In this document: positions 41,506 through 55,094 of the stretch, piece by piece | Position numbering within the stretch: position 1 is the stretch's first letter | How the letters are laid out: every line of letters starts with the position of its first letter | NCBI RefSeq assembly: GCF_031769215.1 | Contig: NW_026782644.1 | Location: forward strand, 248,001-312,000 | Origin: Ylistrum balloti | Taxonomy: Eukaryota | DNA: 64,000 nucleotides | Reading direction: 5' to 3' | Program-made: the position numbers and the translations under genes | Notes under the pieces: model-generated | Database searches by the model: none | What the model saw: only the letters and a program-made list of their open reading frames with translations | Told to the model about the DNA's origin: nothing

Positions 41506-44500
41506 CTTATCCTGCTACTGTATGTAGTGGTAGGATATATCTATCAACAGTAGAGTCTCCTATAGTTTGGACATGTTACCTTAGATATTGTTGGAGGTTG
41601 TATATTACTTAATCATGAACATAACTGAAAACCTTTAACACTAAGACAAGCTACAGGTATGTAATCTATGTGGTATTTGGATGTAAAAACACGAGTATGG
41701 CAATACCCTATATCCCTAAGATTTTTATTTTTGTTACTGAAAGGTGCAGATTGTTGTGCAGAACTTGTGCAGAAGGTTATGTAGTATCATTACTTATATA
41801 TAATACCTATATATGGTTGTTCAGCCACTGTACAGTATTAATATGTCATGTTTTGCTTTAGATCTTTCAACGGCCTTTTGTATAGTTGATATTAAATTTA
41901 GCAGCAGTACAACCCTTATGTCGGGTACATTCCATGCATGGTTCTCCCTAATGGTAATGGCGAGGCAGGTTATTGTTTAACCTGCTTGCCATTTAAATCA
42001 GGAGTGACCATTGATTCAGTTGTTTGAAGCATTTATTGTCAGTATGTATCTATCTTACCAGGAAGGCCAGTTTTCTCAGAATAACTACCTATCCTGTAGG
42101 TACTCATTTATACAGCTAAGGGTAAACTACAAAACAGGGGTTATTAACATTTGTTGAACGTCACCAATGATATACTCTATTAAATATGGATGGTTACAGG
42201 TTTAGGAAGGCGTTCGAAATTAAAAGATTTAGATTTTGATAAGATCAATATTTCTTTTTGGAAATCAGTTGGGTTTTTTTTTTAAGTTTGAAAAATCTCT
42301 TTAAACAAATTATACATGTAAATTTTTGTACATGTTCACATTCTTAGACATAAAATTCAGAATTTAAACATCATTCAAAGTAAACTTTTGTCCAAGTTCA
42401 TGATGATTCTGGATCCTGTTGAATTGATGAGCTGTATGAGAAACAGGTCCTCATACTGATAAATATCACCAATAGGTATCTTGGTAAGCTTAGGTAAAGG
42501 TGAAGAACATCATCTGTATTATGTAGTCTGGTAAAAAAACCTTTTTATTGCACTGTGTCTGTGGTAGCGTAGTGTACCATATGACCAGGATTTGTACTTT
42601 TTTAACAGTATTCCATTTTAAAACAATTGTTCCAATTCAAAAGATACATGTGTCATGATCTTCAGAGAGTTGTGGTTACTCTGGGAGGTAGACCTGTATT
42701 CAGAACCAAACAACCTGCTATATAAAGCATGTCTAAATGTCTGCACGATTGTTTCCTAAAGATTTCTGAAGCCATTGTATGTGCCCAATGATACACTATA
42801 CAAAGTACATTACTTAATCCTCCCCAGCCTATATATACAGTGGTAACAAGACTCCTAGTATAGCCCTCACAGCCAGTCAAGTCCCCGCTACCTTTGGCAT
42901 TGTGTACTGTTTCCGTAACCACAATGGACAGAAACACCTTGCTTTATAATGTATTTGTTCTACAGAGAACCTTAATACCGTATGTACAAAAATTTAACAT
43001 AAATTGATTTTTTTTTCTTTCTCTTCTTGGTTTAAGAGACTAAATGAACTTTTGTACCAAAGTTATATACTGCAGGCACCTGTCCTATTGAGACAGAACA
43101 TTGGTATTGTCATACAAATTTAGACTGTAGCGGAATTTAACTCCCCATAAACTAATAATTCATGAAAATTTTTGTCATCTTAATGGCTGATTTCGAGGGA
43201 TTATTCAAATTGAATGTCATTGTTTCTGATTCCTATTTCTGGAACCTGTGGCTGTAGTTGTTTGTCATGAATAAAAAAGAAGTAATTTTTCAAGGTTGTT
43301 TTGTCACGAATAATTACAAACAAAACATGGATGAACATATTGGCATGATGATAATAACAGAGTTTTACTACCCCTTAATAGTCTTACAGTGATATCACTG
43401 GCAGAAGTGTATTCTAATTGAATTTAAGAAAAGTTCAAGATGTCAACAGTTCTAATTGATGAATAATTGAAGAATTTTGGCTGATATATCATTTTAAAGT
43501 GTGGGAGAACTCGAATTTACAGAAAATGAAAGTAATTTCCATAAGTACAAGCAGAAAAGACCATCTAACTTTTCTCATTGCGAGATGTCAGATTTGATTA
43601 TACAGTCTAGTCTCGCGAAAACTGTTAAAAGTAGCATATAAATCTCCGAGCTTGTCAGAATGCTGTTACTTATTCATGTCAAGTGCCGTTGATGAAAACT
43701 GATGTGTTTGCTTCTTTGTAAAAACGGAAGCAAACTTGTAGCAACATATTAGTGATAGATATAACTTACCTAGACCAGAAGTTACGAAGAAACAGTTTTT
43801 ATGATGACGAGGACAATCTTGGAGTCATTTTCCACTTTCTGTAAATGGAGAGAAAGGAAATTGCTGCGATAAACAGGCTGATCTAGTTAGCAGTTAGATT
43901 TTTACTTAAGTGCCGGTATTTATGTTTAAAGATAGGTACTTTATACGTACGTAGTTTGTAAACATTTCTCGTTTATTTCAATTTTGATTTTTATCTGTCC
44001 AAGGTTTCCCATTTACATAAAAATTACATTCTACTCTTTCACAAATGATAAGCTGCTTGTGTTTTGATATAGAGGGATTTTTTTTATCAAGTTTCAATTT
44101 CTTCATTGGCAGACATCTGGTGAATTTGTATACCAGGAGAGTGTGCATGTTTTACAAGCTTGCTGATGAAGGATTGGCTGCCTGTAAATGTCACGTTTTT
44201 GTGTGCTGTATAGCTCTTGTTTAAATTGGTCACAAGGACATTTCATATATTTTTTTGGGGGGGATGTATTTATGTATGTAAATTTGAAAAGTTTTAATAT
44301 ATGTACTAGTATATTAATTTTGATGACTTTTCACAATTCTATTAACTAAATTAGTTATTTTTCCTGCACATTTTTTTCTGGGTTAAAAAATATCAACCTA
44401 TAGAATTGGCAGGAAAGAATGAAAATACCTGCATTTCAAAATGACAAAGTGTATATTTAAAAAGTTATCATTGGTTTGTACATCTACAACAAGTAACTTT

Positions 44501-44981
44501 ATTCATAAAAGGTCTTTTGGAGAGCAAAAGTTTGATTTACAATTGAATGTGTCCAAGCGAATTTTTAAAGTGAAAGTAATATTGATCTTTGGTTGTTTGT
44601 TCATTGCAGTATTTCAAAAAAAAAAAATTAGACATCTTTTGACAGGTTTGAATATCTTTTCAAATTATTGAAAATCGAATGAATTTAGACAAAAAAATTG
44701 ACTGACTATCATGAAAAGATACAAATCATTTCAGAAATTTGATTTGGTTACTCTATTATCAGTGTCTTTAGTTCCTGTGCAGACCAAAGCTCAAGACAAA
44801 ATCTGTTATACAGATTACTGTGGGTATTATGGGATAGCAAAATTGAATGAAGCACCAGTGATGCACCAGAGTGACACCTGTGAATTTACCTTGGTTCCTA
44901 ATTAAGACAGGTGTAATTACTTCGTGTTCATTAAGGTGTTTCATCACTAGGTGACAGTACCCTGTGGCCACTCAATGAATT

Positions 44982-44995
44982 GTTTCCATGGCGAC
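44982..44995. promoter_or_regulatory. RFX X-box (GTTTCCATGGCGAC)
   Basis: Matches the 14-bp RFX consensus with the common GTCGCC half-site. Confidence 0.45.
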
Positions 44996-46380
44996 AGCAG
45001 ATTGTTATGCCATGCCATTGTGTTGGTAAATTTTCATTGTGAAATTTTTTTTGTGTCTTTGTGTTTGATGGTACAATTTTTTTCCCTACGGATTGACAGA
45101 TTTTGTGAATTGTTTATTTCGCATACATACATCGTCATGACAGCTCCCACGATGCTCGTCTGTTGTAGTATTTTATCAAATTGCCACCATGTATCTGACT
45201 TCTCTTGGTCTAATCTGATGGTTCCTGAAACAAAACTAAATATAGATAATTCAGAAACCTGTGGTTTTACTCAGATCACCTATAAATGCCAGATGGAAAC
45301 TATCATTGATATTTTTAAGTCTATGGTTGCCTTTCTATGCTGTGGTCAAGTGGTCAGTTTTTCTCATTAGAATGGAAACGTTCAGTTCAAATTTGATGAG
45401 AATTGTTCAGAACCATCATTCTCCAATAAAATATTGATTTCCTCCACGTCACTCAGGGTGGGCTTATCACAAGACAATGAAAAAATGCTGACCTATAATT
45501 GTACTTAACAACAATATGTACATAAATTGACTTTCTGAGGGATAAATAGTGGTAGAATAATTTTTTCAGAAATTTGAAACATTTTGTTGTATTTTTCAGT
45601 TAACAACATGTCTCAAATAATTTCTAGAATAAAGAGAAATGATCTATTGAGGGTTATTAACAATTAAATATTGTTTCATCATCATGATGCATGAAGTTAC
45701 ATATGTACTAATTTTAGAACAAAGGGTTATACCACAATTTTGTTGGAATATATTCACATATTTTATCTTTAATCTGCCCATGCCTACAAGTAGGCCAATC
45801 TGTAGATCTTTTTAATCAGTCAATACAAGAATGTAGACAGGTTTTCTTTCTGTTTGTCTTCATACCATATACCAAACTGACCCCCATAAGTCACTTACAA
45901 GTTTTGTACAGGTGTTGATGATCACAGGTAGAATGTGAGAGACATGCACACAATGTCCATTGTGAGTTAATTACCCGACGTTCACCTGCTTTATCTGTCC
46001 ATCACCTGGCTAGGAGAGGGATGAGTAAGTCTGTCCATCAGCCAGGTAATGGGAGGAGGGGGGTGGGGGGGTGTGGGAGTAAATCTGTCCATCGGCTTGG
46101 AGATAAGTAAATCTACAGGTATGACCATCAGGTATGCCATACAGGTGTATTGGTGCACTGCACCTTTATCTAACCTTTGTCTCACCTCACCTGAGTTTAC
46201 CTGTCAGGTCTGAGATCATCATTAATTGTGCTTACCTCTTAAGTTTCCTGATCTTATCACGAACCATAGAAAATAGTATAGTTTTAAGTATTAAGTAGCT
46301 GGAAATCCATCAAATTTAACAATTACAAAAAAAAATTAGTTTCATGAAGTTTACTGGTGATACTAGAAAATTACACTTCT

Positions 46381-46477
46381 ACTACTTTCTGGTATCTCAG
46401 AAATTATGATAAGGTCAAGGACACTACCTTCTGGTATCTCTAGTTTTGACCCAGAAATTATGATAAGGTCATGGACA
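46381..46477. repeat. Short tandem duplication with a 12-bp indel
   Basis: ACTAC(T/C)TTCTGGTATCT[CTAGTTTTGACC]CAGAAATTATGATAAGGTCA(A/T)GGAC occurs twice. Confidence 0.85.
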
Positions 46478-46485
46478 ATTATGTT

Positions 46486-46499
46486 GTTGCCATGGAAAC
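46486..46499. promoter_or_regulatory. RFX X-box (GTTGCCATGGAAAC)
   Basis: Full 14-bp palindromic consensus GTTNCCATGGNAAC. Confidence 0.5.
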
Positions 46500-48262
46500 A
46501 ATAAAAAAACATATTTCCTCAGTAAACAGTTGAGGTTGGCTGTTTTAAAAAGGTTAATCTTATGTCAGACTGATTGGATTAAGGAATATTAGTGGCAGGT
46601 ATACAGGTGAAAAGCTATCTCCCCCGAAATCCCTGACGAGGACCCCTACCTGTACAGTCAGTAGTCGGTTGAAGGCCAATACTGGCCCCTACATACTTCC
46701 CCCTGAGATCGCTGATGTCATACCAAACCAAATCTGAGCCGTCCCTATCTAGATAATCACACATTGATCAATTTACCTGATATTAGCTAAGTGATACCTC
46801 ATCCATTCACAAATTTAAATTCCAGGGTTTTGTTCATTGGCAGACTTATATGTCCCTGTAGCTGTAATCATTATCAGTCCATCCAAGTGTAGATCCATTC
46901 ACTACATTATCTGATAGAGAAACAACTGTAAAACAGCTCATACCTCTCCAATCAGATTCTTCAAATAACTCCTTATTTAATGACTAATACAGGCACAATT
47001 TTTTACGTTGTTGTTTCAAGTTTGCTTTAAAAAATACATATCCTGATTTATTTTAGTACGCTGTGACTTGTACAAAATGTTTGTGAGAAAATATGAATAT
47101 GCCATGATTTCTAAGAAATGAAGCCGATGTTTCTTACCAGGCTATCCATAGAATGTTTCTTTTCAAGGTATTGTGACTTAGAGTGTATGATGTCAAAAAC
47201 CATTCCTGATTTGAAAATGCTCGCTCTAAAAGTATGATATTGAAACAACACTGCCTGTACCAGGTCTCAAAATATCACAACTTGTTACCTTAACGAATGT
47301 TCCCAAATTCAAAGCTATTGAACCAACCTAACCAATTTAGCTTTATCAGAAATATACTTTGTCTGAGAATGAACAGTGTGAAGTATGAGATTTTAACCAT
47401 ACTTAATCTCAAATAAATTCTAAACTTAACGTTGGTCTGAAAATACCTACAGTATGAATATTGTTAAAGAAACCTACCTCATTCAAGAAAGAAATAGTTT
47501 TTGATAGTCTACAGCTAATATGATAATAGATACAAATGGCACTTTGTTTATCCTGTAAGGGACTGGGCTTATTAGGGAACAAGTAAATAGTATTTGTTAG
47601 CATTTGCTACTACATAAGACCAAATCACAAATAGAGGTGGACGACCTTATCAGCTTATAGACATTTCACTTTTTCGAATAACAGGCTCGAAAATCCAATT
47701 GTTATTTCACAACTGTAAGGTAACACTTTCAAACCAACAGGTGTTACAGGTCCATAAATCACAACACAAAGATAGCACAGATGTTGTTACGTTTTGGTTT
47801 CTGTAAAAAAGTAAAAAAATCTTGTAGGGTTGTTCAAAAATGTTACAGAGCATGTTCGAGAAACTTTGGTGTAGATTTTCTTTGGCTCTATGGACACCCC
47901 ATGGAGCTCACCATGGTAGAATCCATTTACTAGGAGGGGGAAACAGGTGGAAGCAGGTCCATCCATGTCTATTTCTCACCCTGGAGTGACATTACCGGGA
48001 ATGGATTGCCAACATACCATAATATATGGCTTGTTTTCATGTTTTTGTGTGAAAAATGATGATATTTCAAAGCAACTTAATTCGTTGTGGTATCATAATT
48101 TTATGAAAATGTATCATCTGACGCTTGAATTCGATTGATTCGGAGTTCTCCATTTCGTTTCATTTCAAGTCATGTCACCTCCTATAGGGAGAGACTGATC
48201 AGGCACATCTCCCAACCAAAAAATCAACTTTGATCATAGATCCCAGTTACATGAACATTTAC

Positions 48263-48538
48263 TCTGACTTGGCATCCTCAAAGGAATCCCTGTGGGTCTC
48301 TGTAGGTGTGCAGATGAAGGAGGTGTCATGGCACCTCTGAACACGCTGTGGGGGGCCATCTCCCCAACACTTCATCAGAACTGTCCAGGGGGCCATCTCT
48401 AAACACCATCTATGACCTATAAGGAATATGACTCCTCTCCTCGTCATTTTCATTGCCAGACAGGCAGAACTTTGGTAATTCTCAGGAGCAACAGTATCAT
48501 CCATCATTGTAGTCTGTTCTGGTTCGCTGACAATGTAG
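48263..48538 (-). other. Candidate 276-nt symmetric (phase 2-2) coding exon of an unidentified gene
   Basis: Acceptor ctttctgtttctaaag|, donor AGA|gtaaat, one frame open throughout (YIVSEPEQTTMMDD...SFEDAKS) and locally raised GC. No homology recognised. Confidence 0.25.
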
Positions 48539-51500
48539 CTTTAGAAACAGAAAGTGCCAAAAATCCATTCATGAAATATTGAGTATCTTCAGTATCTTGT
48601 TTCGGCAGCACAGGACATTTTGATAGATGCCCGAGAACAGTACTTTATCATCCAACAATCAAGGAAGACATTGTGTGAATTTTCTAATAAAAACATATTT
48701 AACATCAATGTACTTATAAATTGACATGATGATCTGTCACATATCTTACTGAATGAACTATGATCATAATTACAGCACATGCTTATGAAATAGCTTGTTC
48801 AGCTATACAGCATTTTTCTTAATAAAATGTTGTAGGATTTTTTGCATTATTTTCTATAGAAAATCTTGTTTCTCCATTCATAGTTGTTCTATTTGTTCAA
48901 TAAAGGTCAAAAAATGATTGTGCCAATACTATCATAAGTATGAATTACCATTTTTTTGTTTTTTTATTTATTTACTTTTTTTATACACTATATTAATCTA
49001 TCTCATTCCTTTTGCAGTCATAGTTGTAGCTGTGCAGAGTAAGACTTTGTCTAGTACATAATTCAAATGAAATTGTACAATATCTTGGGCATTATATGCA
49101 AAACTTCAAAACATAAAAACATAATTCATTCTCTTTGAGTGAAAAATTGTGTTTTGAGAGTTTTATTTAGGATAATTTTAAATAATAGAAAAACAGAATT
49201 CCATTTTTTTTATCTTTTCATATAAATTTTAAAACGATGCTGATCATTGATAAAGCTATTGAACCCTGAATGAAAAGTCACAAATGAAGGTACTGGGAAT
49301 TCGTATATGGTGTTAGTAGTTTGGGTAATCCAGTTGCCTTTCTGTAAGTTTCAGTGTGTTGTTGGTTCATGTGTTGGGTTTTTTTTTTTTCTCACGTGTC
49401 GGATTTGAAGTTTCTAATTGAAGACCTTGACATAGGTAAAGTCCAAAAATGAGCAGATAAGTGTAGAAATATGTCCACATACTTGCACAAAATATGTGGG
49501 CTGGTTATTATATGACCAGGACTTAAGTCTGGAATGTTTCATGAAAAAGCCACATAACGAACATTTCAGATAGACAATGAGCCTTACATAACACCACCCT
49601 GTCTTGTGTCTAGATATACATAAAATTGTACACTTGCCAGGTGGCTGTGACATCTGTCCCTACCAAACAGGAAAACAACATACATCTCAACGTTCATATT
49701 AACACACACAACTGTAGTTCATTGATCTGTAAAGACATGTTGTATACTATGTCTAGAGACGTACATATTTTCTGTTTGTGGGGCTTGCTTTGACAAACAT
49801 TTTTTTATAATAACTTGTATCAAATTTGTTGTGTTGCAACCTTTACCGACAAACATTACATCTACCTTGATCAACTGTCTATCATATGCAAATTACTTTC
49901 AGGAATTTCGCAATTGTGTATTGACATTTGACATGATTCTTTTGTTAACCTACTTCATTCATTTAAATATTCATTAAATTCAAACCCTTTGTTGTCACGT
50001 GACCTTTGCTGACCGTAACCTTTGCTGATATTTGTTGCCCATTGCTAACTGGCCCAAATTTCTGAGGACAGAAAAAATTCTAGAGAAACATGAACAATTG
50101 CAGTGTTCTTCATTTCCTGTCGGTAGTCTCCACGCCTGACTGAACCTTACAAATAAAAAACATTATTACAATTGTTAAGTATATACCGTAAAAACGCCAG
50201 TTATCAAATGGAGCGAGTAACTGTTTTATCTTCTTGCATCATATTTAACCTATTGACCTCACAGTTTTGCCTCCTTATTGGCTTAGCAGTCGGCTGCTGA
50301 TACTGGGACCTCGAAGCTTCCTATTCAGGGTGAAATACAACAGTTGTAATCACAGATAAGCTATGCTATCATAACAAACCGGTCTGCTCCAGATGTTGCG
50401 ATATTGTCCTACCAGTAGGGGACATAGCACACTATATACGAATAACATGGCCCTATCGGTAGTACAGTCTCGGTAGAACATTCCTCGAGAAGAAATTTTC
50501 CCACAGCCTTCGCTTACACATTGCATCAGAGTTTTAAATACACTCAATCCCCAGTAAGGCCCGACCTTTTAAACCCCCCCACCCATCTCGGTATCAAAAT
50601 ACACCATGTTGGTGCTCGGGGGAGGAATCACGACAAAATGTCATTGATACAAGACGGGAGAAATTCCGACTTTGATTGATGTTTCTATATATAAATATTA
50701 CTGGATTAACGTCATATTGATCTTCAAAACTTTCCAGAATGCGTTTGAAGTTTGGAGTTTAACGTTTTGATATATACACATGAATGGCGACCCTCACCGA
50801 TGTAGATGACTAACACAACCCGGAACTATTTCAAGAATATCACTCTTGTGCTACGAAACTTATTTGAAAGTTAAACATTTCGGGTTTTTTTTAAAGGAAA
50901 AAATGAATGTGAGAATAAATTGCGAATGATTATGTTTTTGGTTTAATGAACGTAGTGATGGATGGTGGGAGACGTTTGGTAACATCGCTGGTGGACCCCA
51001 TCCAAAGCTTATAAAACATTTAGATGTTCCAGATCAATCAATTGAAATTTCCAGTACTTACTTAATGATAACGCGAAAAGCAAACACAGACACTGGAAGA
51101 TAAATTTGTCGTTCGGGATGTAATTAATGACTACTCCCCCTCCAGAGATACGCGCAGCTTCACCCCCTCCCCGAACATGTGCCCAACATCCCTGGCTTTA
51201 GTGTGGGAAAATCGCTGGCCTGTACGGTTGACATGAACTTAAAAATAACTCGATCGTTTATAAATTGTATATATGTATTACTTAGCTTGATTTAAGCGTG
51301 GTAGGTCCAGCCCTGTAGGATTGCATCACAGTAAATTTGGTTAGAAATAGACAAATGGTATGCTTCATCGTTATTTAGAGACATTCAGGTTGGCTGGGGT
51401 GAATTCAAAGAGGACGTTTATTTTTTTATAGGAAAAAGCAATAGCAAAGGTTCAACACAGCCGGTGAGAGTTTTTGTAAACCTCAAGAGTTAAATATGCC

Positions 51501-53612
51501 AAAGTTTAACGATCAATATATATGCTTTTATACTGGGTATATTTTTAATATCATTATTTTTTCACGAAACACAAAATTGTTTTATTATGTTAATCTCAAA
51601 AGAAAGCGAGTTGAGGAAACATTATCTAAAACGATTCTGTGTTAACGGTAGTGTGAAATTGAACGATAATTATAGTTTCACATGTATAGAATCCAGACAT
51701 GGGAATTTGAGTGACTTTGAATGTTAATGATACTCTGGGACGTTATAGAAGTAGAGAAGTCTCGAATGACAATGCCTTTTGGGTTTCGTTATCGTGCCTT
51801 ACTTTTGTAGGAAGTAGCTATGATACTGTAACAGTTTCCGCGTCGAACAGATCAAGATTGAACAATGATAAACTTTTGACATTACAGCGATCAATTACTC
51901 ACTTTGTTTCTGATCATATGCATCAGTACAAAGACCAACTCCCCGGCGATCTTACCAGCACTGTTTTACGCCCGAGTAGCGCCGCTCTGTTGTGATTTTA
52001 CTTGTGCGGATTCATATTGCTATCAAGGTCAAACACCTTGCCAACTAGTTTAACGTCGCTTATCTAAATTAATGAAAACTTTGACAGCTTTAGTGACATT
52101 TTTTATTCTTGGTGAATCCATCGCGTTTTTTAAAAATACAAAGTTGTTTGTTGGGTTATTTATAGTGGGAGACACATAAAGCCCCGAATGTTTCACATAG
52201 TTGATGAGCGTTAAATGCCGAGATTGTCTTTGAGTTGCCGGTTAAATCCTTTTGTGCTTACAGTCGTGGACATGCCCGGCATTGTCCTCACATACCTACC
52301 TACCTCCGTTAGGTGTGATACGGGCCTGGTTCTAGAAACACAAACAAGTAACCATTGTTCTAAATTATATGTTCATGTAATGCGTCAGTTTAATTTTAGA
52401 CGTTGTTAATCAAGGCTGTGGATTTTCATTAGAAATGTTTCACCACCGAAGGAAGTCGTTTTCCGTTAATTCTAATCCTGATCTGGATATTTCTTAGTGT
52501 TTATTTTCACCCACACACAACCCATTACTGTGCTAAGGAATAAGGAGAATATTCTACCAGCTAATTTCTTGTCTGTGTAAATGGATGGATCGTCGGACAG
52601 TGTATTGTGTGACTTTACATTAACAAATGTTCCGAGTTTCAGAAACGGTAAGTTATTTCGATCTTCGGAGACCCAGACATCGCTTCCGAAAACAAGACGT
52701 TAAGATGTATCAGTACTTCATCAATCGATATTAATGGGGAAAAATTACTTCCGGAACACTGAAGCCAGTCTGCTCCTTGCGCGAGACATCTGACACTTTC
52801 ATTTTACTCTGATTCTGTAAAACTTAATATACAATGTATGTAAATATGAAAAGGGTACACGGATTTAAATATCACACCAAGATTCTTGCTGGACGAAGAG
52901 TTCCATTCATCAGTTCACTTTTTAATTTCAATTATCACGAAATGTATTTATTCTAAACGTTGTTTCTCTGACGTGCTTGCAATAACATTCCTTTTACACC
53001 CAAAGATTTCTTCTGTCACGCAGGAGAGACAACTGTGCGTCGAAGTTTTACGATTTGTCTTTGTCACTTTGTCGTCAAGGTTGAGATTTTATATTTGAAT
53101 ATTTCTTAGACGTTGAAAGGGGTTTTTTGTCTAGTAGGAAGCTATTTCACTTAAGTTCAACAATCAGAATATTTATTTACATTTGTATAATGATACGCTT
53201 AAGACACGCATTTCTGTGTCGTGAGCTTTACTCAAATGTAGTGAAACCAAAGATAATTTCAACATCATTCTTTCTCTGATTCAGACTCCTAGTATCAAAA
53301 CAGGAGCTCGTTTTCTGAACAAATTAAGTTTCTGCAGCCTCTCTCTAACCCTCTTCTCTCCAACTAATACGAAACTTAGACTTGGTAATTGCTTTGTTTG
53401 TGTTCCAGTGTGTCCTTGTTTGGGTTTAGAGCTTGTTGTGTTCACACGAACTGTTGCGTTCATTTGATCTCTGCAGTACGAGACACGTTCGCTTAATAAT
53501 TGTTGTTACATCCATTCTTTGGCGTGGGCGATAAACGCTTAGAAAACATTTTTTTTATTTCTTTTTTTTTGTTGATGTTAACAATTTTTTAAAATGATTC
53601 TTTCATTTTCAG

Positions 53613-53649
53613 GATTTTCCTTCGACTGAACAAGAGAATAGATTATAAG
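53613..53649 (+). other. Candidate 37-nt orphan exon
   Basis: Strong acceptor ttctttcattttcag| and donor AAG|gtaagt. One open frame (IFLRLNKRIDYK). No transcript evidence available. Confidence 0.35.
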
Positions 53650-55094
53650 GTAAGTAAGCATTTTACTGCACGTTTCATCATTTATAAAATATATTGGAGT
53701 TACCTCCCGTTAAACATAAAAAGGCCAGCGTTCTCAAGTGTGTGTGATTATTCACGTAACTAAAGATACAATTCTACGTTGGACACATAAGAGTAAATAT
53801 TTTCGTCTTTATCAGTGCTATCGGTGCTAGTGTGTCTATAATGACGCAGTGGTCACCTATATAGGAGCGAGACGTCCATACGTCCAGTTATTCAAGGATT
53901 ATATCAGCTTGACTGTGTCCTTTACTGAATTTTGTCGCAAAGATTTCTCCCTTTGTAAAATATTCTGTTCTGTTTTTTTCTTCATAATATTTTTCAGTGA
54001 ACTGAATTCATCCTATTTTGGGATTTTGAAAGAGACTGTCATGTTTTGACGATACAAAGTGTCCTGTTTCTTTTTGAGTAAGCTTGTCTGGCTTTGATCC
54101 GTTCTTGCTGCGTGTTATCTTATCTTGGTCTGAACTGTCAACTCTGTCAGGAATGATTCTGGCATAGTTGTGGCCAGACCACGACGTTAGGCACCAGGAA
54201 TGTCCATATTTATACGTGCTATCCGAATACTACATTAACTTACATCAGAACTGATAAAACTTTTCGACAACAGCAAGGTAATCGCTGGTCACTTGCTGAC
54301 GGACTTACTGCCCAAAACACCCCACCCCCTCCTGCCTCCGCGTCTTGTTCCGCTGGTTGCAATGTCACCTTTGGGAGAAGGGTTGTAAATATTCAGGACT
54401 TATTTTACAAACGTCCAGGTTCGTTGCTGAAAACTGACAGCTTCTTTAAATCCATGAAATATTTTGTTGTAAAAATGATTAAATGACACCACAAAATGTT
54501 TGGACACCTGGGAATGAGAAGGGGAGGGAGACTGAGGTGGACAACTTCACATCTCTTCCTTTGCCTCTGAAGGGTAACGAGGTCCGTTCTGACCATTGGT
54601 AAATCAATAGCCGTATGTCTAAACACGGTCTCGTCCATGAGGTACAAAACTTCTTACCTTCTATCCCAGTGTAACTGGACATGTTTGTCTATATATTTTA
54701 TGCCTTAACTTGACTTGTTCAACTCGTGTCTATACTAGCCCGACATAACGAGACAAGTCGGTCGTTATGGCCAGTGCTCTTAAATGGCGTATAATGATGA
54801 TGTTTTGTAGTCAAAGGCCAATGGGCCACTTTGATGGCACAGGCACCACTGGCCAAAAGGATGACGGCATGCTTTCCATCAGTTCGTCGTCACTGTCGCT
54901 TTAAGTTAGTGTATACACTGATCCCCTGGGTCTTGGGTCCCTCTCCCTCCACAAACAAACGCCTGTGTTACACGTGCAATACCAGAGACTTCAATCGAGG
55001 ACCAAATCTGTGAATTTGGAACTTGTTACATTTCAAAGTCGTTTTAAGTTTCGGTATTTTGGCTTCATTGATAACAGCTGATGGTGTTAGTGCT

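Noticed and set aside
805-52035. Repeated TCAAGGTCA/TGACCTTGA nuclear-receptor-like sites
   Set aside because: They are scattered without clustering. The word appears inside the HINE and looks like a common repeat-derived motif in this genome.
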